Shown: positions 33,401 through 49,544, counted from the whole stretch's first letter. The stretch: 63,445 bases of DNA, filler included, from Reclinomonas americana ATCC 50394 (GCA_048213135.1; 12 parts of 4 records of this genome joined end to end with filler, not necessarily neighbours in it); one strand, 5' to 3'. A program made the numbers and translations. Notes: generated by a model not told the origin, from the letters alone.

Positions 33401-36119
33401 TGCACCCTCGAAGAAACTGCCGAGCACTGATCCGACCGCCGTGGCGAATGCCATCGGGCGCGAGCTGGAGACATTGGCCACCCTCACGCAGGGAGTGGTG
33501 TCGCACGTGAAGACCGAGGTGCAAGTGGTGAAGCAGGTTTGTCGTCGCCGTGCACAGTAATCTCCCTCCTTGCAGAACACACTCACTGCTGCGGCATGCG
33601 CGCAGCAAATTGTCGAGTTGCAAGCCTCGGCACGAAGTGCACGAGAACCCGTGCAGGCGTTGCTCGATCGACCTGTGCCGTTCCCTGTGATGGAGTCGGT
33701 GTTCCCGACGCCACCGGTGTCGGCCAAGCCGAGTCCGCGTCCACTTGCGTCTCCGACGGCACCACCGGAGCCAGTGCTGGTGCTGACCGAGGTACCCGAT
33801 TCACGTGACGAAGGTGTGTGTGCTTCTTTTCATGATCGTGACGTTGCCTCTCGTGATTCACCTCGCCTCGTGTGGTAGATCTCGCCGCCATGGCCCGTCT
33901 GGTGAGTGAGCTCACCGAGTCGCGGGACCAGTACGCCGAAGCGGTGGAGCGGCTGCGCGGGCAAATTGCAGCACTCAACGCGCATGTGGCATCCAAGGAC
34001 GACGAGATAGCGGAGCTTGGTGACAAACTCGCCGAGCAGCGGGTCACGGCAGCGCATTTGCGCATGGAGAACGCCAAGTTGACGTCGGATCTCGCCGACC
34101 GCGTCAAGACGTGCCACGCTCTGCAGGAGGAGATCTTCTCGTTGCAGTCGGAGCTGGACTCGCACAAGTATGCTGCGGCGGTGTGTCACGCACGCTACCA
34201 GCAAGTCCCACCCTGCATTGATGCAGTGAGGCTCATGCTATCGTGCACTGCAGGCGGTTTCTGAGTTTGCCGACGTTGATCGGCACATTGCGGAGAGGCA
34301 GCAGTCTGTGGAGTGGGTATCGCTGACCACCAAGATGAAGTTCCGCCGCAGGAAGGGTTTGTTGTCCATCTCCATGCGTCGTTTGGTGTGTACCAGTTGT
34401 TGACTGGCTAGACTATGGACTGCAGCGGCGGTGAAGCGCGGTGTTGAAAAGGCACGAGATCCGTTCCGCGTCTCTCAGCGTGTGCAAGCCTTCATCGAGC
34501 GCATGGAGCAAGTGCAAAGTGAGCGCATCCGTCGCCTGGATGAGTTGCGTGAGGAGCTGCGAGAGGAGCGGGCCACCAACATGACATCGGCAATGCAATT
34601 GTTGCGTCTCTAGTGTCTTTGGGGATGAGCATTACATCCACTGATGGTTTCGATGCCGCGCAGCATGCAACGACTGCCACAGCTGTTGCGCAAGTGGTTG
34701 AATGAGAGCCGCCTCGGCAACTTGCGGCTCCCCATCAGCCGACCCGGTGAAGATCTGCCGGTCGCGGACTCGGACGACGCTGGAGCCAGCAGTGCGGCTC
34801 CCGATTCCACCTTGCAGCTGCAGACCAATCAGCCGCCATCGCCGCGTCTCGTCTCTGCGCGCATTCTGAAAGACTTGCCGCATCTGGGCGGTGGGTTCCT
34901 CCGGTGCCAGGCCGCCGCCGGTGCCTCCCGATCGGCTCGTCCCTTCTCTGCCAAGCCGCGTCGTGCGTCGAGCATATTCGTGACCGCAGAGGCGTTCAGT
35001 GGTCACGGGCCGGAGTATGTTGACTTTTTGGCTCGCTCCACCACCTCCAGTTGCGCGCATGTCTTGATGTCGTGGGCCCGCGATCGTTGTCATTTCCTCA
35101 CCCTCGCCTCCTTCACACAGTTCCCTCGCTGCTGACCGGCGCCAGCGGCAGTGACCGCGACTTTGATCCCAGTGCACAGTCGCCAGCGTATTCAACAAAC
35201 AAGTCACACGAGCAGCTGCAGCAGCAACTGCACGCGCAGCTTGCGCGCTCATTGAGCAGCGCGATATCGAATAGGAGTGTGGTGGAGGTACCGATAATGC
35301 GATCGGCCACCAACGACGCCATGTTGGAGCTCAAGATCGACGCATCAAGGCAGCGCCTGAACTCCGCCAGTAGCAGTGGAAGTGTTGTCGAGTTTCGTTT
35401 CCCAACTGGCGGCGAGAGAGCCTTCACTTGCTTTGTGCACTCAATGAGGGATTATGCAGCACGCCCCTTGCGCTGTCGTTGCGCGGATCTGGCCGCCCGA
35501 GCAGCGGCAGCGGCGCACGGCGGCAATCGCGCGGTGGAGAGCAAGCACGCAGTAGCTCTGCCGCGTCGCGCCTCAAGTACACCAGTTCTGCCGACGTTGC
35601 CGCGGATCTGGCCAAGGCTTTTGTGCAACCGGCCACACCCGCTCTTCGTGCGTGTGTTATGCAAATTGAGATAGAGGCCGGTGTTGAATGCTGATTCGCG
35701 TTGCAGCTGCGGACTCGTCGTTTGCCGGCAGCGGTAGCATGCGGACTCCGCAGCCGATTCGAACTCGCTCGCACTCGCTGTTCGATATTGACTCGCCCGA
35801 CATTAGCCAGTGGACGCCGGCCTCCCAGGCACCCGCACATGCCGATCCGTCTCCCATGTCGCCCATGTTTTCATTAACCACTCCGGCTTCCGCTCCCGCG
35901 AGTAGCGCCAGCAAGAAGAACAGCAATCGACCCACCACCGCGCCAGTGGGCACCGGAAGTGCGTTTTCTCGTGTAGTGTCGTGTGCCGTGTTGTTCGTGC
36001 AACTCACCACCTCCAATGTGCTGTGTTCTTTTTTTTCTTTTTGCGTCTATGTATATGCAGGAGCACGCAAGTCAAGGGACAGGTTACCATCGCTGGTGGA
36101 TGAGCTCAAGTCACAATGA
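30432..36119 (+). CDS. Large coiled-coil/low-complexity protein (one gene, or two joined at linker 32745)
   Basis: About 20 exons with mostly frame-consistent GT-AG introns and heptad-rich segments; no family recognised. Confidence 0.6.
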
Positions 36120-36336
36120 AATCATCGAACGAATCAATAATGATGACAAAACTGGCAGTGTTTCAATCAAGCAAACAACATACAATCTTTTTCACAAATG
36201 CACAAGCGTACTATAACAATAACAGAGTGAGAGGAGAGGAGGGAAAATCACGCCGACACTGTCGCGCCGACGGACAAGAGCAACAAAAAGGGAGAGAGAG
36301 TGACCATACAGGGTTGTGTTTTCTAAAAAGACGTCA

Positions 36337-38053
36337 TCATCTTGCGCGAGTGCCTTGCAGCAATCGCAGCGCCTCAATCTCAAAGGCGCGCTCCGAGTAC
36401 GAGCCTGTTGACGAGGCGCGCGCTTTCTCCTGCAGAATGCGCACGCGCGCCAGTGCCTCCGTCACGCCGCGTCTGGCAGCCGCCGCCTTCTCGCTCAATC
36501 TTCTCAACTCGGCGCAGCAGTCCTGCGGAGTGATGGTGGCTCCCACGGCGGCGGCGCGACCACTTGAGGGCGCGGCAGCCGGTGGGTGTGAGTGGCGTCG
36601 AGCACTGCCGCCCAGACCAGTGACCACAGTCTCGGTGCGATGCGACGGGCGCGCCGTCAACGCCGCCCGCCGGAACGCGTCGGCCGGGTTCTCGTTCTGC
36701 TGTCGCTGCTGCTGCTGTTGGCGTTCGACGCGACTCGTCAACGCACCCATCAGCTTGCCATACATGCGTTCCGAGGGCGAGTTCTCGTGCGAGCGTGGCG
36801 ACGGCGACGCCGATCCCGCGTGCTTCACCGCCGTCATCGACAAGCGCGGCACCATTGGCGGCCGCACAATCACCGACTCGTTGTCGTCGTCCGAGTGCGC
36901 CGACGACCGCGAACTCGACGCCGCCGAGGCCGACGAGGACGGCGGCGGTGACACCTCCATGGCCGTCGATCCTGTCGATCGCACCGGCGCCGGCACCGAC
37001 AGCAACGGCTGTCGCGCGACCGTGGTGGCCATCTTGCGCGTCGCTCCAATCTCCATGGCCGCTGCCGTCGGCCGCGTGGCCATTCGCCGCGCCACTCCCA
37101 GCGCCACACTCTGCACATGCGACGACTGCGACGGCGGCATGGAGACCACCGCACCGGCGGCGGCAGCGACCGCGGGACCACTTGTCGCGCCGGAAGAACC
37201 TCCAGCCGCCAACGACGAGAAGCGATGCGTCTGCGTCAGATGCCGCCGCAGCTCCTGCAGTGTGTTGATGATCTTGGAGGCGTTGCTGGTGACGGCCATC
37301 TTGGGTGGCGGGATCGTTGACTCCACCAACGGCTGCGTGTGCAAGAAAGACGATGATTGCGCGTGAGCGGATTTTGTGTCCGATTGGATCAATGCGAACA
37401 TTCTTGTGCGTGTGTGTTTTACCTTGACGGTGGTGGTGGTGGTCGGCGCCAGAGAGGGAGCGCGGTTGATCATCAGGCGATCAAGTCGTGCCTTGGCCTG
37501 TCGCGCCGCGGTCTGATCGAGCCTGCGAACGAGAGAGAGAGAGAATCGCTCTGATGTGAGCTCCTCTTCTCTCTCGTGTTTGAGCATGTGGTGAGAAAAG
37601 ACGACTCACTGGAGCACAGTTGTCGGGCGCTGCGGCTGACGCGGTGGCGGTTGTTGGGCGACAAAGCGGTGCTGTTGTGTAGGCCGCACAGTGGCGGTGG
37701 TGGTCTCTGAGGGCGCCAGGATCAGCGCCATATCCAAGGCGCGCGGGAGCGAAAAGTGGCGCCGACCGCGGTAGCACAGTGGCATCTCGTCGACATCGTC
37801 GCCGTACGAGGAAGAAGAGACAGCAAAGCGGAGAGAGGCCATTATGGAAGGGAAAAAGGGGGGGGGTCTGGTGCGCGCTCACAGACACGAGAAGAAAATG
37901 TGAACGGAAGTTGGCGGTTCCGGTGTGAGCCCGCTTTTTTTCGCGAAATTTGCGGGTCCGATCGGGTGATGATGAGGCCCGCTCCTCAGCAGCTGTTTGC
38001 ACACTCATCATCTGTGTGTGATGATTATGAGTGTCAACGTAAACGCGTGCCAT
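36337..38053 (-). CDS. Ser/Ala/Pro-rich protein of unknown function
   Basis: About 1-kb open terminal exon with coding-like composition; upstream exon structure uncertain. Confidence 0.5.
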
Positions 38054-38520
38054 GGCGCGCACGGCAAAGCGTTTGGATTGGGATCATCACACTTGCACAT
38101 CTGTCGGCCGCGGGTTTGTCGTGAATCCCACAAATGGGGCCCTCCTTGTTCCAAATTCAGGACCGCAGCGGCGCATGTATTCAGACCTCACTGTAGCCGT
38201 CTTCGGTCGTGCGCTGCTTGCGACAACAGCAGCGCACGAGAGCCGCGAGACGAATGCCGACAAAGTAGAGGAGGGCGAGCGGGAAAAGGCCGACGGTGCA
38301 CGCGAGTGGCAACATCAAGCACACGACGCAGAGGAAGAAGACTGAAAAGTGTTCGTGCAGAATAAAGCACAGACTACCGGCCAGGGTGATCGAGCACAAC
38401 AGAAGGATGAGAGGGGAAAGGAGGGAAGGAGGCAGGCATCTAGATATCGATCGACCTTTTCATGCAAATGGTCCTGGAAGTCGTGTCCTTCTCCCTCACA
38501 CACACCAGATATAGAGCAGC

Positions 38521-38790
38521 ATGCATCGTGTCGACCGTCTTTTGCGTCACCTGCACAGCGGGCAAGTGGACACGGAAGCAATGCCCGACGTGTTGGCGAC
38601 AGAAGAGTGTGCATCAAGCGCAGCAGTGTCACTCGAGCAGTGGAAGGTAACACGCGAATGTGAGAGAGAGAGAGAGAAAGAGGCAAAGGAGAGAATCGAG
38701 TGAGTTGAGCAGAGAGAAGAAGAAGAGAGGAGGAGATGCAAGGGCAGGAAAGCAAGTTCGGAAAGAGAGGAAAAGAGAGAGAAAGAGAGA

Positions 38791-38827
<37 letters not shown>

Positions 38828-39643
38828 GACTACTCCTACACCTCCCTCTCTCTCTCTCNNNNNNNNNNNNNNNNNNNNNNNNNNNNNNNNNNNNNNNNNN
38901 NNNNNNNNNNNNNNNNNNNNNNNNNNNNNNNNNNNNNNNNNNNNNNNNNNNNNNNNNNNNNNNNNNNNNNNNNNNNNNNNNNNNNNNNNNNNNNNNNNNN
39001 NNNNNNNNNNNNNNNNNNNNNNNNNNNNNNNNNNNNNNNNNNNNNNNNNNNNNNNNNNNNNNNNNNNNNNNNNNNNNNNNNNNNNNNNNNNNNNNNNNNN
39101 NNNNNNNNNNNNNNNNNNNNNNNNNNNNNNNNNNNNNNNNNNNNNNNNNNNNNNNNNNNNNNNNNNNNNNNNNNNNNNNNNNNNNNNNNNNNNNNNNNNN
39201 NNNNNNNNNNNNNNNNNNNNNNNNNNNNNNNNNNNNNNNNNNNNNNNNNNNNNNNNNNNNNNNNNNNNNNNNNNNNNNNNNNNNNNNNNNNNNNNNNNNN
39301 NNNNNNNNNNNNNNNNNNNNNNNNNNNNNNNNNNNNNNNNNNNNNNNNNNNNNNNNNNNNNNNNNNNNNNNNNNNNNNNTCGCTCTCCTCGTCCATGGTC
39401 TCCAACAGCGACATGCCGCCGGTGGAGGGCACCAAGATGGGCGTCAACTACGGACTCAATCGAGTGCGATGGGTGTCGCCGGTGCGCGTGGGGTCGCGCA
39501 TTCGGGCACGTGTGAGGCTGGTGGGCGTGGAGGAGCAGAGTGGTGGGCGTGTGGTGCAGAACACATTGCAGGTGACCATGGAGGTCGAGGGAACCGACAA
39601 GCCGGCGTGTGTGATCGAGTGGCTCACGCGATACTATGTGTGA
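38521..39643 (+). CDS. MaoC/NodN-like (R)-hydratase with an N-terminal PTS2; middle in gap
   Basis: C-terminal GVNYGLNRVRWVSPVRVGSRIRARV...VTMEVEGTDKPACVIEWL is NodN-type MaoC; exon 1 reads MHRVDRLLRHL. Linking the two parts across the gap is inferred. Confidence 0.8.
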
Positions 39644-39741
39644 GGAGGCGGCGGAGGTGCAAGTTCGATTGTTCTTTACTTGTACTGTAGTGTAACACAA
39701 GAGTGTCTCTGTGCAAGTCTGCAGCCTGCGGCCACCAATCG

Positions 39742-40775
39742 CTAACGACGGTCGCCACCGCCACGACCACCATAGCCACCGTAGCCGCCTCGAGGAGGTG
39801 AGGCCGGAGGCGGACCACCCGCTCCGCGCCTTCGTAACGGGGGAGGGTGAATATTGTGAAGGCAAAACACACACGGACAATACTGCCACTACGACGCAAC
39901 GGAGGCGAGCGCTCGTAACGCGGCGGTTCACGGTCGTAACGAGGTGGTGCCTCGCGGTCGTAACGTGGTGCCTCACGATCGTAACGCGGCGGCTCGCGGT
40001 CATACCGGGGCGGTGAGCGGTCGCGGCGCGGCGGCGAGCGGCGTGGGCTTGGCGATCGACTGCACACAATCCTTGTTGGTCACACAAATCACTGAATGTG
40101 AGCGACTATGTCAAAAAATCACCGGTAGCGCGGCGGCGAACGAGAGCCCCCGCGTCCTCCACCACCACCACCACCACCACCGTAGCCACCACGACCAGCT
40201 CCTCCTCCGTACGGCGAGTAGCGATCACGTCCGCGAGAAGGCGCCGATCCAGCAGCCTGAACGAAGCACCGTGTCTCATTTCAGCATGCATGTATCCAGA
40301 GAGCGGATCCTCCTCCCGTTCGNNNNNNNNNNNNNNNNNNNNNNNNNNNNNNNNNNNNNNNNNNNNTTAATTAATTAANNNNNNNNNNNNNNNNNNNNNN
40401 NNNNNNNNNNNNNNNNNNNNNNTGAGAGAGTGAGAGAGAGACAAGTGAGAGAGAGAGAGACAAGTGTGTGTGAGAGAGTGAGAGACAATTGAGAGAGAGA
40501 GAGAAAGAGAGAGTGCGTGAGACGAGTGAGAGAGAGACAAGAGTGTGTGAGAGAGAGAGAGAGACAAGTGTGAGGGAGAGAGAGAGACAAGCGAGAGAGA
40601 GACAAGTGGAGACAAGTGAGCAAGACAAGTGAGCGACATTTCACGCCGCAACAAACACAAACACAAAGACACACAAACAAAGGCACACGCACAGAGAGAC
40701 AGAGACACGCGCATGCATGCACACAACCAGTGAGACAACGAGCGCACCATACACGCGACCAGGGCGACCTGCCAT
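39742..40775 (-). CDS. SR-family RNA-binding protein (RRM mostly in gap)
   Basis: First coding exon MAGRPGRVY(V) resembles the RNP2 start of SR proteins; 3' exons are RGG, RSPP and PPRYDRE repeats; TAG at 39742-39744. Confidence 0.7.
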
Positions 40776-40978
40776 GTTGCACTTTTGTCTTGCAAAACCT
40801 GCACACACGCACACACAGACCGTCACGCAAACACACAAAAAGACACACACAGACACAACACAACATGCCTGCGACACACTCTCTCTCGCCAGTCACGCGT
40901 GTGAGTGAGTGAAAGTTGTCCTGCGTTTGTCACACCATCAAAGTCACTTTCTTATGGAGAGAAGACCGCGCTCACATC

Positions 40979-41318
40979 ATGAGTCGCGCACGCCGACTGA
41001 ACGAATATGATGACGACGGTGGTGGCGAGGATGCAAGAGCAGAAGAAGAAGAAGAGGAGGAGGAGGAAGTGTTTGAGTTTGAAGAGGCGATGGGCATGAG
41101 AGGCAGCGGAGAAGAAGGCGCTTCTGATGTTGGTGGTGTTGTTGTTGATGAGGAAGAGCAGCTGCGACTGTTGCGTTTGGTGTATGAGTGTGGAGGGTTT
41201 GAGTCGTCGGATTGTGGAGATGATGATGATGACGAGGGTGATGCTGAGGCGGAGGAAGAGCAAGGTACTTTCTCACTCCTCTCTCTCACACACTCTCTCA
41301 AACACACATGCACACACA

Positions 41319-41357
<39 letters not shown>

Positions 41358-41405
41358 AAGAAGGTGCAATCGCGTAACTCTCAGAACTGTGTGTGAATGC
41401 GCCTG

Positions 41406-41437
<32 letters not shown>

Positions 41438-44244
41438 CACACATATACACACACACACACGCACACACACGCACACGCATGAGAAAATAGAGAGTTGATC
41501 GCGCATCTTTCTGTAAACCCCATTTTGGCTCTTTCTCTCTCCCCTCCCCGCTCTCCCTCTCTCTCACACACTCACATGCATTGCCTTGGTGCACCTCCTA
41601 CCTCTTTACCCATCTACGTGGCGTGCATTGGATGACGCGGGAATTGACGTGTCGATGTCGACTGATCATATACCTCATAAACAGCACCGGCGATTGTGCT
41701 CGGCTGCTCTCCGTTTGCGAGTCGCCTGAGCGGTGCGACGATGAGTGGGAATCACACGGAGGATGAGGCGTCGTCGGATGTGAGTGGGAGTTTGCTGTCG
41801 GATGAGGAACTGGTGCTGCGCATGGTGTCGTCGTCGCGCGTGATGCGGAGCTCGCGGCACTCGCGACACCATCACCACCACCATCATCACAGCCATCATC
41901 ATAATCATCATCACCATGCTCATCATCAGCAGCTGCATGGACGCGGTGGTGGTCATAGTGGTGGTGGGTCGTCGTCGTCGTCCACATTCGGTGGAGGCGG
42001 TGGTGATGATTCGATGGGATCGGGGACAATGTCGGCACTGACTGGCCGTCTCTCCAAGTCGCGTGCGCAGCGTGTGGCCAACACGGAGCGTGTGCTGGCG
42101 GCGCGCGATCGGGCCGAGGATGTACTGCTGCCGTCGCCCCCAGCCGCCGGCAGTGTGTTGAACCCGGAGGAGGGTGGTGGCGGTGGCGGTGTTGGAGGTG
42201 GAAGTGGATCGGCGGCCAGTACGCCGTCGGCGGCAGCGGGAGCGGCGGCGCCGGCAATGTTCACGTCGCTATTCGAGGAGCTCAGGCCCTCGTACACGCC
42301 GCCGCCGTCGGTGCCGCGTCCGACTCTGCCGTATGTGTACACGTGTCGCATTTGCGAGTCGGCTTGGCGAGAGGAGCGTTTTCTGACGCTGTCGGCGTGC
42401 GGTCACCGCGCGTGCCTCGACTGCATGCGGCAGTATCTGCAGTCGCGAGTCGATGATCGGCGGCTACGGCAGATCCCCTGTCCGTTTTGCCGAAAGCAGA
42501 TGAGGATCTGGGAGGTGTGTTTTTTTGCTTGACACAATCAAAGAAAAACACAGACCTTCGTGCTCATTTTTCTCCCCCTCATGTCATGGCAGGCCCGTCG
42601 CGCCCTCGGCGAAGACGGCTTTGTGCGCATGCTCGACCGCATGTGTGACCAGTACCTCAGCACGGCGCCCGACGTGCGTGTGTGCCCCGGAGTCGATTGT
42701 GGCGTGGCGGTGGCCGGCGCCCCCTGCAATGAGCGCGTCGAATGCCACGCGTGCGGTATTCCGTGGTGCTTCCGGTGTGGTGTGCCGTACCACGAGGGCC
42801 TCTCGTGTCGCGAGGATTCGTCGCGGCGCCTGTCCGGCGACGAAGTGGCCGCGTGGGTCCGCAAGCACACCACGCCGTGCCCGCAGTGCACGGTGCCGCT
42901 GGTCAAGGACAGTGCCGATTGCGACGGCGTGCGGTGTCCGCGGTGCGAGTTTGAGTTTTGCTTCCGCTGCCGCCGCGCCATGCGCGATCACACCAGCTGT
43001 GTGGTACCGGGGACTGCGGCGGCTGCTGCGGCGGCTGCTGCACCCCAGCCACGCTCATCGTTGTCTCCTGTCGTCTCCCGCGCGACCTCGATCAACTCGA
43101 CCTCGTCGCGACCTCCGCCGTCGTCGCCGTCCGGGATGAGCAACGGCAGTGGTGGTGGTGGTGGTAGACGTGCCGGTGGTGGTGGTGGTAACTCGCCTGT
43201 CGCGGCCGCCCGCCTGACCACGTGGCCGCCCGCGCCCGACAACCGCGCAGTGCCCGTGCATGTCGCCGTCGGTTTTCACCCGTGGATGGCCACGCCGAGC
43301 CCGCAGCCGGTGCAGGGTGCGGTGGCCGAGCATTTTGTGTCGGACGAGGAGGAGGAGGAGGATGAGGGTCACGGCACTGACGAGGAGGTGCAAGTGAATG
43401 CGGTGGCTGCACCGTCGCCGGCTGTACCCGCTGCAGCGCGGTACCACTTTAGCTTCTTGCGCGGCGCGGCCGACACGTCGGATGGCACGCTGGAGTCGTC
43501 GCGGTCGGAGGGCGGCGATTTCTTTGACGAGAGCGACGACGACGACGACGGCGATGATGACGATGGTGGTGACGACGACGATGACGATGACTATGATGGT
43601 GATCGTCATCGCGTGCCCGTGTCTCTTCCGCCCGGCTGGCCGCACCATGCGGCGCCGCGAACGTTGGCGTTTGGCGATATCATGTCGCCGTTTGCGTCGA
43701 CCGGATCCACCGACAGGCGATTCCCCGTGAGGTGTGTGTGTGTGTGCTCTGATTCGGACAAGTGACGTAGCGCGTGTTTCATCATGCTGGTTCCCTCCGC
43801 AGCATGTCGTCTGTCCTTGGCATTGACGACGCGGCCGATGGCGATGTGGAGACATCGCCGGCCGTCAAGGATGCGCACTACAATCCGTTTTCGGCGTTTG
43901 ACTTGCCAGTCGCGCGCGCCGAAAACGGTGCAGGGGAAAATGCAGCGGGATCCGGTTCTCGAAAGCGGCGCAAGCGGACCGGGCGCAAGCGGCGGAAGAA
44001 GAGGGGAGCAGCAGCAGCAGCAGCAGCCACGGCAGTCGATGGCGACTGCCTGGAGCTGCCGGTTCCGTCGGTGGACGCTGCGTTCCTGACGCGCACTCCA
44101 TCGTCGCCATCCAACGCGTCTCGTGCGGGTAGCAGTGCACGAGCACAGTTGTCGGCATCGACACGCTCCGTGGCCGTCGTCAACGCCGCCGGCAACGTCG
44201 ACATTCTGCCTGTGGAGCGGTTCCAGCAGCAGCGACGTCGTTGA
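40979..44244 (+). CDS. RBR (RING1-IBR-RING2) E3 ubiquitin ligase with acidic and His-rich low-complexity arms
   Basis: CRIC...CGHRACLDC...CPFC; CPGVDC...CHAC..WCFRC..YHEGLSC; CPQC..LVK...CDGVRCPRC..FCFRC. Confidence 0.9.
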
Positions 44245-44420
44245 TGCATGCATGCGTGCGTTTGTTTGTTTGTTTGTTTAAGTGTGATAAGACAGATTGT
44301 TTTGTGATTGTTTAATGATGTCTGTAAGAGAGAGAGGGAGGAGCCTGAGTGGTTTTGTGGGTCTCTTAAGTATAAAAAAAAGCGAATGATGGTGATCATG
44401 TCCTCCTCCCCCTATCAACA

Positions 44421-46313
<1,893 letters not shown>

Positions 46314-46428
46314 AGGCCAAGGAAACCGAATAGAACCGCAGCTGTTATACGACTCGAAAAGGCGACTTCGCGACGTCAGTCTATAAATACGAGGAGGACG
46401 ATTTCCACACTCCGAGGTCAGAGAGAGA

Positions 46429-46857
46429 ATGGCGAGTCGTGTGATCCAGTTCCTCACTGAGCACTGTTGCGTACTCCCTCAGAGAAGGGAGAGCATCACC
46501 TCTCTCTCTCACACACACACACTCTCTCTCTTCTCTCACTCTCTCTCTCTCTCTCTCACTCTCGTCTCTCTCTCTCTCTCTCTTCACTGTGTCAGACTCA
46601 TCTGTCTCTTCATTGCTCTCGCCCTCTGTCTTCTCTCTTCTCTCTCACTCATCTGTCTCTCACACACTCTCTCTCTCTCTCAGTGTTCAACCGCGCGGTG
46701 AGCTCTGAGGGCTTCCAGCGCTTTGCCAAGCGCACTGGAGAGACCATCTATCATGTGCAACAGACAGGCAGGTTGCCACCTTCTGAGCCGCTGGATAAGG
46801 CCGTGGGAGAGTTGAAGAGGATTGGGCGCATTTTGAAGGAGGTGAGGAGGGGAGAAG

Positions 46858-46910
<53 letters not shown>

Positions 46911-47922
46911 GGCACCTACTGAGCAGCAGGGGTCAGGCAACACGCATGCGTTGAGGTGTCACAGAGGTAGTGAGAGAGGAGGTGGAGGAGGCCTTGAAAC
47001 AGGAGAGTGAGGCACAGCACAGCAAGGATCAAGTGAGAAGCACGACTTGCGTGCGTTGAGGAGGCTAAGACAGGTCTCGCTGAGCGCCAGACCAGCTGTG
47101 TGCACTTAGCGCGAGAAAGTGACACGGGAGCAGCAATTACGAGGGATTCAAGCAGCCAGTCTACGGAGCTTCTGTCAATGGCGTAAGAGGTACAGAAGGA
47201 ACAGTGACGAGCGAGAAAGTGAGAGTGGAAGGCACTTTGGAAACTGCAGGTGCTCACAATCAGTCAACGAGCACGGATGACACAGAAGGGATCGCGTAGA
47301 GCACAGAAAAGAAAGGAAAGGAGGCACGGTGCGATTAGTTGCAAGCAACCACTAAACAAGCACTGAACCCCGAGAGAGAAAAGACACAGAAGGGATCGCG
47401 CAGAGCAGTAAGACACTCGTTTCGGAAAACAAAGCACTGCGATCAGCTACGCAGCAAGTCAGTCAGCATGCATCGAGCACTGGATATCAGAGGGAAGGAC
47501 ACAGAAGGGACCGCGTAGTGCAGTCAGACGCGTTCACGCTTCGGATGGATGCACTGTGAAACCTACAGCGAGATCAGTTGCAAGCAGCAAGTCAGCCTGA
47601 GCACTAAAAATCGAGTGATGACACAGAAGGGAGCACCCAGGCCCCGAATAGAGGTTGAAACAAGAAAAGGAGGCACAGCACAGTCATTTGCAAGCAGCTT
47701 GTAAGTCGGCATGCACCCGGCGCTAAAAGTTGAGCGCTGGATGACACATAATGGTCCCTGTAGTGCAGAGTTGCACGGAAAAGGATGAGTGGAAGAGTAA
47801 TCCAGCGCAGAAGGACGTGCATCTCGCTGCACGATGTCGATCCCACTCACTCCGAGCCTCTCTCTCTCTCTTCTCTCCCACAGGAAACCAAACGCGAGTT
47901 CCAGCCACCAAAAAGCAAGTAA
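46429..47922 (+). CDS. Small basic protein (3 exons), function unknown
   Basis: MASRVIQFLTEHLFNRAVSSEGFQRFAKRT...RIGRILKEETKREFQPPKSK* from frame-consistent splicing. Confidence 0.6.
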
Positions 47923-48051
47923 AAAACACAACTTAGATCGTTCGTGTCTGACGATGATTGATTGATATTGCACAAATTTTCCTCCGTCACTATTGTTGCG
48001 TGTTTGGTTGTAGTGTGCGACTGTGTGCGTGTGTGTGAGTGAGTGAGAGGA

Positions 48052-48135
48052 ATGGCCAGTGGGGGCATTGATAGATGCCCAGTGTGTGCTGGCGAGTATG
48101 TGCCCTGTGATCCTCATTTGAGGCCAGTGGTGAGT

Positions 48136-48168
<33 letters not shown>

Positions 48169-48462
48169 GCACGCACACGTGTATAGCTGCATGTGTATGT
48201 CTCGCACGCATACACACACGTGCGCAGAGAGAGTGAGAGAGTGAGAGCATATGTGAGTGAGAGTGAGAGTTCGGAACACGCGGACACTTGCATGTGTGTG
48301 CGTGTGTGAGAAGAGAGTTGCTCCTTGCTGAGCAGTGAGCATAGGCGTTGTGTAGTTGTGCCAAAGTCACGCCTTATCTGCACCTGCTGGTGTGCAGACA
48401 CACAACTTGTGACGCGNNNNNNNNNNNNNNNNNNNNGTACGTCGTCGTACGTCGTACGTACG

Positions 48463-48512
<50 letters not shown>

Positions 48513-49504
48513 CATATAGAGAAAGCACACGCGGACAGTGTAACATCGGTGACAATGAAGCCACTTGTTGTCTTGTGCTCACTCTCACTCTCACTCTCAC
48601 TCTCTCTTCCCCCCCCTTCACACACACACACCCTTCTGTACATTAAGCAAGAGACCCTCTCATCCTTGTCTGTCAGTTCACTCTGACAACACGGCCATCT
48701 CATCTCACTCGCACTCTCCTCATCTCCGTTGCAGGTGCTCACGGGGTGCGGACACCCTCTGTGCATTGGATGCGCGATGAGCATCAAGCAGCGTACTGGA
48801 CTGTGTCCGCTGTGTCGCAAGGCGTACCCGGAGTTGCGTTGTTGAGAGACGAAGGAGAGAGAGTGAGAGACTGTGTGTATCTCACCGATCGCGTGCATGT
48901 TGCAGCTACGTCCCCAACTACTCTCTAGAGCAGCACTTGGAGATGAGGCGAGCGCCTCCTGCTCGACAGGCCCCATCTGCTGCGGCGCCTGCTGCGTTGC
49001 GTCACTGCACACACCTGTCTCGCTCACTCAGTCTGTCACTCACTCACTCACCCTCTCTTTCTCTCTCTCTCTATCTCTCTCCCCTCTCCCTCCCCACCCA
49101 CCCACCCTCTCTGTTCCGCAGTCGCGACGACGGGCTTCTCTTTCACGCTGCCTCGGTACCAGTTGACCCGGTGGGCTCACCACCACCGATCACGAACCAG
49201 AGGAGTGCCCTCACCTTTACCGCGGCGTCGCGAGAGAACAGTCGCAGTGCGGCGGCGGGGGCGGCGCAAGGTCCCAGTGGCTCACAGCTGCGTTCTCCGG
49301 AAGTCGATGCTGCGTCTATGTCCGGCAGCCACGGCTCGCACGACGAGGGGGAGGCCACGTCGGAGTGGTTGTTGGCGACCGCCGATCCGGAGAGTGTGTT
49401 GGATATTTTGCCGCACTGGAGTTCACGTTGCGTCGGAGGGAAAGGGAGAGGCTTGCTGATCTGTTCAGTCATTCTTCACTCTCTGTGTGATTCACCGTGA
49501 TCCA

Positions 49505-49544
<40 letters not shown>

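Noticed and set aside
42886..42970. RBR RING2 lacks the His that usually follows the catalytic Cys
   Set aside because: The catalytic Cys is present, and His-less RING2 occurs in known RBR subfamilies.
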